From positions 6,696,001 to 6,760,000 of the forward strand of contig CP075497.1 of NCBI GenBank assembly GCA_021613535.1: a stretch of 64,000 bases of DNA, given 5' to 3'. Shown piece after piece: positions 54,337 through 64,000 of this stretch. The position numbers and the translations under genes were made by a program. Below the pieces are notes generated by a model. It made no database searches, was not told where the DNA came from, and saw only the letters and a program-made list of their open reading frames with translations. Origin of the DNA: Adineta vaga (taxonomy: Eukaryota; Animalia; Rotifera). How positions within the stretch are numbered: the stretch's first letter is position 1; every line of letters begins with the position of its first letter.

Positions 54337-57300
54337 TCACACAGCTAATAAAAGACAAACACCACCTAAAATCCATTTCGCTGGTTTTTCCTTCGTACGT
54401 AAATTAAATGTCCAAACAAATGTTGGACCACGTTGTTTCGTTTTATAGACTGGACATTCATAAATATTCTTTGTTTCACGTCGATCAACTAGAACATAAG
54501 TCAATTAGTAAAATGAATATTTTAAAAACGTTATTCTTTTACCTGGTATAGCTTTGACGAAGACAACGGGCATCATTGGTGTTAATTCTTTCAATCGTGA
54601 TTCACTTAATTGACCAGTTTGTGTATCCCATCGTGCACCTTCCATAAATAGACCGTGAACATAAGCACCTTCTCTTGGTGCACCACCTAATTCTTCACGT
54701 GTTCTTTTCGTTACATCAACAGATAAACACATTTTATCTAATGGCCATTCATTTTTACGTGCTGTCGTTTGCATAATAGCTGTTAAAAATGATTGAGGAT
54801 TAAATAATCCACCAAGCCATACAGCTGCTGGTAATTGAAAATCATTTGTCCACATTTCTAATTCACGAATACGTAATAATAGATCACTATACCATAGACC
54901 AAGACTATACATTGATGGATAAGCACGTTTTGTCCATGCAGCTGGTACTTGTTCAAGAAACAAAGCATCTTGTAATTGTTCCATATCAGCTGTTATTGTT
55001 AATTCACCTTTGAGACCAAGATTCAGTTCTTTCAATGATCGTCTCATATCACGTGTTAAAATATTCATACGTTCACATTCTTGTAAAGCAACGACAGTAT
55101 ACGGTGTTTTATCTTCAGCTTTAGCATAAAGTTCTCGAACAGGAAATTCATCAGGTAATTTATCTAAAATTTCATCTAATTTCGCTTTGATCTTTTCTTC
55201 ACGTGTCATTCCTGAACCTTCACCACCGGCACCTGCCCCAGCATCACGTGGTTGCATTTCCAAGACCGTTTTAAACAAATTTTCACTTGTCGTTGTTAAA
55301 AAATCAATTTCAGCATTTGGATGTAAACCATATAGATATGGTGATTCAGGTGGAATATATTCATCGATATATGCATGATATCCTTTGTAATCAGTCGCTG
55401 GTGGAATTGGAAAGCCAGGAGCAAGAAGAAGTTCACCATCAAACTAAAGAATATAGAAAAGATTTCTAAAAGATTGCTCTCATTCGAATGAAAATGTTTA
55501 TGTACCATCTGTGCATTCATGTATTCTTCAAGATATGTTTTACATAAACGACGATCCCAATCATCGGTAATATGACCACCGTACATAATTTCACCAAATA
55601 GATATCGAAGATCTTCCCCTAAAATTGAATAACAAACAAGTCTTATTCGTCTGAATTCAAAAGAAAAGTTTTCGTAGATATTTACATGGTACTTTTGAAT
55701 TGGATTCCAAATAGTTATAGAGTACGTTGACACAAATTGTTAAATCACCATTATTAAATGGATAATTTCGATTCCAACCTTGTGCACCGAATTTACGTCT
55801 AAATATAGTTCAAAATTAATTTTTATTTATCTTTCAAATAGCATTTAAATAACAATACCGTTCAGCGACAACAGCATGAAAGTAACAAAGAGCAAATAAG
55901 ATCGATTTAAATTCTGTTTCTTTCGCACACATTTCTAATGTATCTTGATTGAATAAATCTAATGCTTTATGTAAATTAGCTTGCATTCCTGTGGGAGGTT
56001 CATTGGTACTAAAGAAGAAAAAACAGATCAAAGTATGAAATCAATACGAATCATCGTTTCTTCTTCTATAACTTACATTTTAACAGCTGATTCAAGTATA
56101 CCTTGTGGTATGCAATGACCTGCTGGATCAGCTGATGGTTCAGCAGACATGTACATACGAAAGCTTTCGTGACCTGTTTCCCAACATTGTTCAAGTTTCT
56201 TTTCTAATTGCGGTAACCAACTTGAGACTATCATAGAATGAATCATAGTATAAAAAGAAGTTTTGTATAAAACTCTATTTTACCTAAATGAATATTTTGT
56301 AAGACAACCCAATGGCCTTCTTTAGATGCAACATCCATTGCTTCTTCAGCAACAACTTGTTGACCTAAAGATTGATATTACAATTTAGATTGAGAAAAAT
56401 TCGATCGATTTCTTTCAATGATTTACCTTGACCAAGTGAAATATTATGGAATGTCTTTTGATTTGATGTAAAACCTAATTTTTTGCCTAATGCTTCGACA
56501 TCTTTGATTGGATCAACACCAGGTGATAAGATAAAGAATACAGGTGTATTTGTATTTGTTTCTTCATAAGATTTTACAAATGGTACAGCTCGATTTTCTA
56601 CGAATTGTTTGCCTAATTTTTCTTCGACGAATAAACTATAAAATAAATATTTTGAGATGAAGAAAACAATGAAGCATTTTTTCCTTCTATTACCTCAATG
56701 CATAAAGCATACGATCAGGTCGAAGTGCTCGCATCATACAAAGTTTCTGTAGAGGTGTTTTATTCTTCCATTCTTGTGGTAATTTTTCTTTTTCTGGTGC
56801 TTCCATTTCAACATATTTTTTCCATCGTTTTGCTGAACCTTCAATATCTCGATCAAGATTTGTAAATTCCGCCATTTGTGCTAAAGATTTAATTCCACCC
56901 CATGAAATATCATTGAGAAAATCAACTGGTGAAACAACATTCGTTGTGATTGGATAACGAAGAAGAAAATCGAGTTCTTTTGGATCAATTTCTTTCGAAG
57001 TTAGTAAAATCTAAATTAAAACAATAAAAAATCATACAATTCAATGTTGATTTTCTTACTAAGAATGACAGTTGTGATGTAAAAATCAGTTTATGTTTTT
57101 CAAATAGACCACGAGTTGTATAGATGAATGTAAAGTATGTTATCGATTCAATTAAATTATGTACACGTGCTTTAACATCTTCTGATGGTTCTGCTTTTTC
57201 AATAGCATTAGCAAAGACAACTTTGAAGGCTTTCAATGAGAATTGATACATTGGATGGATACGGCAGAGATCATTCATTATGAAATAGATTAAACTAGCA

Positions 57301-60300
57301 CGTGCAGCTGCTGGACGATATAATTCACGCGCTTCATCAATCTTAACAGATGTTATTTTCGCTTCACCAACTTTTTCTTCGATTTCAGTAGCTGTTCGTT
57401 TCGTATTTTCTAAATTTTCGACTAATTCAGTATCACCAAGAAAATTTGAGCCAGCAGATGATAAACGCGCTAGAAGATTATCTTCAAGACGTTTTAAAGT
57501 AATTTTGAATTCATTCTGTTGTTTTGTTAAATCCGATTTCAAACGTTCAAGATCAGGACGTTCCTACAAAACATGAGAGAAAATAGTAAGTTCAATATTG
57601 AACTTTAAGACTTACTTTAGCTACGACATCAGCTAATAATTGATCTTCAAGACCATCTTTTGTGACTGTAAAATTAATTAATGTTGTTTGAGCTTGCATT
57701 TCAGGTTTATAATGTGGATTTGCAAGTTTAGTTTGTAAGATAAGTCGAAAATCTGGATGATATTCAATTTCTTTATCACCTAATTTGATAGCTCGACCTT
57801 TACGAATGGTATTTCGACCAAGTAATGGATCAAGTACGGCTTCAATTGATTCATCAATATTTTCAATAAGAAGAATATCACCAGCTGCAATAGCTTGTTC
57901 AATTTTATCAAGATAACCTTTTTGTCCCAATCGAATGACTTTCATACGTTCACCATAACGTTGTTTAATCCATTTAATACCTGAAGAAAAACATGTCTAT
58001 TAGTTTGTCTATGTAACAAGACAATTTTGAATATACCTTGTAATTGAGGATCAATCATTAATGGCCATCGTTCACAAGTAGTAAGAACTGTTGCATTTTC
58101 CGTAGACATACGATCTGATGGTAAACCTTCATTATTCCATCCAGCAACAATAGCATCATCGACAACTAATGTCAATGGGTCAATTCCCGGTGTAACTGGA
58201 ATTGGTGTCTAAATGATACAAAATAGCATGTGTTTTTTGTCGCCTAAAATCAATTCTTTTTGTTTAATTTTTACTTTTAACGCAGATAATTGTGGTCGCC
58301 AATGATTTTCCATAAGGTCAACTCGATAATTTTTTGTAAAACAACCAACGTATGAAACAAAAGCAGTAATTAAAAGTACATCTCCAGGTGTTGTTTCTTC
58401 TGATTTTCGATAACCAGCAACTGATTCACGCCAACGAACATTTTCAGATGCAAGACCATTGACTAGACGATTAGCTAAATTGATGGTATATGCTGTATGA
58501 TCAGCTTCATCTTGACATTTTTGTTTAGCAGCCATAGCGACTTCATATTCAGCTGTTAATTTTGCCAAAGCTTGTTCCAATTGCTACAATAGAAAAGAAT
58601 TACGTATTCGAGAAGATACAATCTATCGCAAAACTAAATACATACCGAAACTTGTCGATTGACAGCTTCTAATTTATCTCGTGCAGCTTTTAATTCAGCA
58701 TTTGCTTTTTCCAAAGCCAAACGTTTTGGTTCGACTTCACAATAGACTTCATAAAATCTACATTAATAAAAGAGATTAATCGTCATCTATGAATGAATAA
58801 ATGAATAACTTACAAGAGAATATTAATAACCCAAGCAGAGAGACCAGCAGCAGCGAATGATTTCGTTCGAATTTTATCAGGATCAAACTCGGGATCATCA
58901 ACATAAACTTTGACTTCACGACGCATATCATCACGAATATGTTCTTTATCATATGTTCTCAATGCTTCTGTTGAAATTAAAAATCTCTTCCTTCGACATT
59001 GTTTGTACTGTTAGATCTCTACTTACGAAGAAATTGATCGACGTTACCCATATTTGCTTTACATGCTTTCCAATCACGTTGATTTGGTCGAGGAATTTTA
59101 CCACCGGGTGGCATTAAACACATGACAGCTGCACCGACTTTGAGTACAGCTTCCGGAGGATTGGGAAAAGCTTTCATTTCACTGAAAAGAACAAGTAGAA
59201 TAAATATAAACGAATTTTGAATGGATTCAATCATACGTTAAACTATTTTTATCTAATGTATTCAAAGCTTCTTCAGCAGCTTTTAGAGCAGGCATAGCAC
59301 GAGCTAAATCACGTTCGCAATCCTCTGCTTTAACTGTGACAACTTTTTCAATTTCAACGACTTTTGCTTGTTCAACACCAGCTGCTTCCTTTTCCTTTGT
59401 TACTTTCGCTGTTTCAGTAGCAACAATCTATCAAGAAATGGAACTTTGAAGAAAAGATTTTCTCAAAATTGAACAAACTTTAATCAATTTATCGGCATCA
59501 TCATTTTTTTGTTTCAATTCCACTTCTTGTGCTGCAAGTTTTTCTTTCAAATCATCGACTTGTCGAGCACATGATTGTAATTTAACTAGACCACTTTCTA
59601 AACGAATGATTTTATCTTGTAAATCACGATTTTGTTTTGATAATAAGTTTTTATATAAAGTAATTTGTTCAAGAAATGATTTAGGTGTTGTATAATTGTA
59701 TCGTTTATCGTTCTAAAATGCAAGAGAGAGAAGATTTTTATGATGAAATTGATGTGTTAAATAACAAAAGTTACCATAAGATAGGTAACACTCATTTCAT
59801 TGACACTTTTATGTACAAATGCCATAAATTTCGCCACAGAATCTTTGATTTCCGGTTTGAGTGTATCAACATCAGCAACGAATCTATTCAATAAAAAAAA
59901 AGGGAAATACAAATCATCTTAGAAAAGAATATTGAACGAACCGATTAGCGACAGAGATCAAAGCTTCCTAAAAGAGTAAATCATACATAGAATATTAGAA
60001 AACTAATAAAATCAAATGTTTGTTTTCGCCATACTTCTGGCCATTCATGATACCAATCGATGGAAGTACAATTTGTAATAGCTGGAAATTTACGTGATCG
60101 TACTCGAAGTGTTGTACCGACAGGTGAGAAACATAGAACGACCTAACATATTCATTCATAAAATCATCAATTTAATACTGAAAAAAACAACATGATATTC
60201 TTTACTTTTAAATTACGTCGAACTTTTTCAATAAAATATTTCCAAATATTTTCTCGTGTATCATCGATACCTTGTGATTTAACTTCATTTCTCATTGCAC

Positions 60301-63300
60301 CAATGATTTCTTCAATAGCATCATCAGCAAATAAACTTGGAATTTCACCTGATGCAAGCATATCATTGATTAAAACTAAAAACTTCTCATCAGCCACTTG
60401 TGAATCTGTCATGAGAAATACTGTTCCAATGCCTTTTTGTCCAGCCTTTATATACAATGCACCTATATCAGTTTTCAAATCAGCAATACTATAACCTAAA
60501 TGAAAAGAAACAAACAAATCAATATATTGATATATTTTTCCATTAAAATCTAACCTTTTCGAAGAGTAATTTGAAAAACTTCCAATGAACTAATCGATGC
60601 TGCCAATCTTGCTAAACTTTGTTTACCACTACCACCAACACCAATCAAAAGAGCATTACCACGTGGTGCTTCTAATATACGATTAATTCGGCAAACATGT
60701 GTCATAGCATCTTCGAAAAGTACTAAGTTCATTTGTGCATTCAATTCATTGTATACATCTAAAGCATCATTTAATAATTTTTGTAATTGTGCCCAGTTTT
60801 CGATTGGCATATATTTTGGATCACCAACACCAAGTGCAAAATGACAGAAGATATTCGGTTTTTTGAAAACAAATTCTTCATCAATTTCCTACGAAGAGAA
60901 AAAGAAATAAAATATTATAAATGAAGAAATATTGAAATTGAGTTACTTCAAATGATTTCTTCGCGACATCACGTTGTAATTTCATGAAATTATCAATATC
61001 TGTTCGATCAACTAATTTGTCACAATAGACACGTTCAGATTCATGAAGATAAAGTCGAATTAAATCATTATGCGATTTAATAGCCTCAGGTTTAGCAAAA
61101 AGAATAGCCTAAATAAACACAATATTTGCTTTGTTTTTTTTCTCTACAATTTAATCAACAAACTTGAAAGATATTTGATAAATCTCGAAGATTGAATATA
61201 TAATGAAATTTAATAGCTGTTGGTAAAAATGATGCTGTAATACGACGATGGAGTTCCAATGCACCACGAACAAGATTTTGTGTATATTTTTGTACGGTTT
61301 GTACAAAACCTTCGGCTAAATGTTGAGATAATATACCGACATAAATCGTTTCGAGAGCTTCGATGCCAGGAAATGAAACAGCAAATACAGCAAAATGACG
61401 TTGTAAACGTGTATCAATAGTAAATGAACCAGCTGTTGGATTCATTGCACTTACATATTGACAATTGTGAATTTCTTTTAAGGTTAATTTTTGACGATCA
61501 TACCAATGTTTGTAATCAAGATGTTGACGAAGAAGTGTATGTGGTTGACATGTATAATATTGATCAACCTAAATGTTTAAGAATAGATAGTTTTTCTTAT
61601 TTTAAATTGAATAAACACATACTTCTGGCATGTTCATATCATCAATAAAATAGATGATCTTTTTGCTACCAGGTGGACCATAATTTCGACCAGCTTTCTT
61701 TTCTAATGGTTTTTCAAGAATTGATTGAAGCATTTCACTAGTAGTATAAAAGTTAAATGGAACAGAAACAGCAAGCCAATCTTCATTAAGTGATGATAAT
61801 TTATCATTAATTAATACAGTTTTACCACAACCAGCATTACCAACTAAATAGCGAAAAATAAACTTATAAGTTTTGATTCAATCTTATCACTTATGTTTTC
61901 ACTTCTTACCTAACATAATTGGCCATCCTTTTTCTAATAGTAAATCCATAAAATATCGAATACGCGTTGTTTCTGCTGTTGGTACCAAAACAGACTAGAA
62001 TACAAGAAAAATGATAAAATCAAATTTTCATTTTTATTTGTTCGGTAAAATCAAATTTACTTGTAATGGCATTTCACTATCTAAGACAAATTTGGGTACA
62101 AGTTTTGTCCATGCTTCAAATTTCTTTGTTTCCGGATCAATATAATAATCGAATACAGTACCTTGTATTGGAAATTTGACTGATTTGAATTCAGTTACCC
62201 ACCATTTTGAAAATTCTAATCGATGATCAGTCAATTGATCTTGAAATAATGCTGAACCAAATGCCCATACACAAGCAAAAACGAAATAGAGTTCATACAA
62301 TTCTTTAGGACAATCCGGTGGTGTATTTGAGGGTGTTAACATACATTCAAGTAAACGACATAACATATGAATATGTGCACCTTCGACAATAGGTGTAATT
62401 TTTTTGAAACGAGCTTTAACAGCATCAAGACACATGGGTACGTATTTATCAAATAAAATTGTTAAATTCGCACGTTCAGATGTTAATTCACGTGTATCAA
62501 TCCATGAAGCTACTTGAGGATTCCAACCAAGATCAGCAGGATTAATATATAAAATACCAGCACGTGAGACAGTAGCTGGTGTAGCTGTACGTAAATGACT
62601 GATTTCAAAAAGAAGACGCATGGTTGGATTCAATGGGATACGTTCATTACTAGCTAATGTCAAGACTTTATTATCATCCATAACAGTATTTAATGATTCA
62701 ATCCACATAGGATCAATGTCACCGTCGAGTACAATCCATTTTGGTCCTTAGAAAAAGAAAAATTTACAAAATTGATATGTTTAATTTTCATTTCTTACCA
62801 TCAGATTGTACATTTGCTAAGTCACGCATAGTTGTAGAAAATAATCCATCTTTCCATTCACGTGTTGCTGGATTGATAATACCGAAAAGTTCATCATTTG
62901 TTACAGCTTTTGGATTCAGATCGATAGCAACTGGTTTACGTTTTTGATTATGATAAGTACGATTTAATACTTTCCAAATTTGTGATTTGCCTGTGCCAGC
63001 ATTACCAACAATAAATACTGAATGACGTACTTCAAATAATTCTTGTAATTGAACAACTTTGAGAATAAATGAATCTTCTGGTTGAAGTTTAAGATCAACT
63101 GTAGCTTGTTTAATTAATTTTTCGAATTCAAGATTTCTATAAATTATAAATATATGTATAAAAGAAACGCAAGATATGGTTTTCATTAATCTTACCGTTT
63201 ACGTGGTACATCAAGTGCAGGAAACAGATCACCAATTAAACCCATAAAGACAGGCATATCATCTGTAACTATTTTTGGTATATTGAAATCACGTAAAGCA

Positions 63301-64000
63301 CGCATTAACACTTGATCTTCAGGTCGACCTGGATCGGATCGTCGAAGTGCACCAGCAACGACTAAGACAGATTTAATAGCTCGTAAACCCCAATCATAAT
63401 GATCCTAAAATATTTCTCAAAATTTAATTATCACTGAATGTACAATAAACATACTTGTTTCGATAATAATTCTTTACATAATGAATAGAGTGTAATAAAT
63501 TTTCGAGCTAATAAACGAGCATCAGTAAAACCTTCTGCAACCATCATAATTTCAGAAATTAAATCAAAATCTGGGACAACCATAGCACATGGACTAGAAA
63601 ACAATAGATGTAATTCGAATAGAAAAATGAATTCGATTTAGTTTTACCGAAAGAGTGCTTTCAAATTTTCGGGTAATTCAGTTCGACCAGCATAACCAGG
63701 ATTCATTGTAATAAAAAGACCAACAGTACGATTAAGACGAATATCTTCGCCCATAAATGAAAATCGTAATTTCTTTTCTCGAATAGCATCCTAAAATTAA
63801 AAGAAAAATAAATCAATAAAATACTTCCCAAAACGATATCATTTACTTGAATAGTTTTCACTTGTACAGCAATAACAGAAAGTACTTCAACAGAAATTCG
63901 ATTGAATTCATCGAAACAACCCCATGCACCTTAAAAATATTCAAAATTTTCATTCCATAAAACAAAATCAAGTCGAATCATTTACCTGTTTGAGCTAATC
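54337..64000 (-). CDS. DNAH9: Axonemal outer-arm dynein heavy chain (beta type, DNAH9/11/17 family), 3' portion; 5' end lies beyond the window
   Basis: [26 protein letters not shown]-loops [16 protein letters not shown] and GVGGSGKQS, stalk, [23 protein letters not shown], and C-terminus [39 protein letters not shown]. The exact paralog is uncertain. Confidence 0.93.

Noticed and set aside
1-64000. CRISPR arrays, rRNA, tRNA or prokaryotic operon/defence system
   Set aside because: The sequence is intron-rich eukaryotic DNA. No repeat-spacer arrays or recognisable structured RNA genes were seen by eye; tRNAscan-SE or Infernal would be needed to exclude small RNAs.

Overview
AT-rich, intron-dense eukaryotic (animal) genomic DNA with many 50-65 nt GT-AG introns, so the ORF track shows only exon fragments. 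Composition, intron size and gene content resemble a bdelloid rotifer (inference). Genes rebuilt by manual splicing, in order: FAM91A1 (3' end runs off the window), a divergent RagC/D GTPase, a two-domain FEX/CrcB fluoride exporter, a 5-exon stand-alone ATP-dependent RNA ligase-like nucleotidyltransferase (Rnl1/Trl1-like motifs, two of them split by introns), a fatty acyl-CoA reductase lacking its catalytic YxxxK, a 79-aa secreted prepropeptide missing from the ORF track, TPRA1/GPR175, a myosin essential light chain, RUFY, the giant lipid-bridge protein BLTP1/KIAA1109, an RGS gene with alternative first exons and CRE clusters, a MOXD1/DBH-like pseudogene, and the 3' part of an outer-arm axonemal dynein heavy chain. 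The most interesting element is the intron-containing Rnl1-type RNA ligase, head-to-head with the fluoride exporter; both genes are atypical for bilaterian animals.
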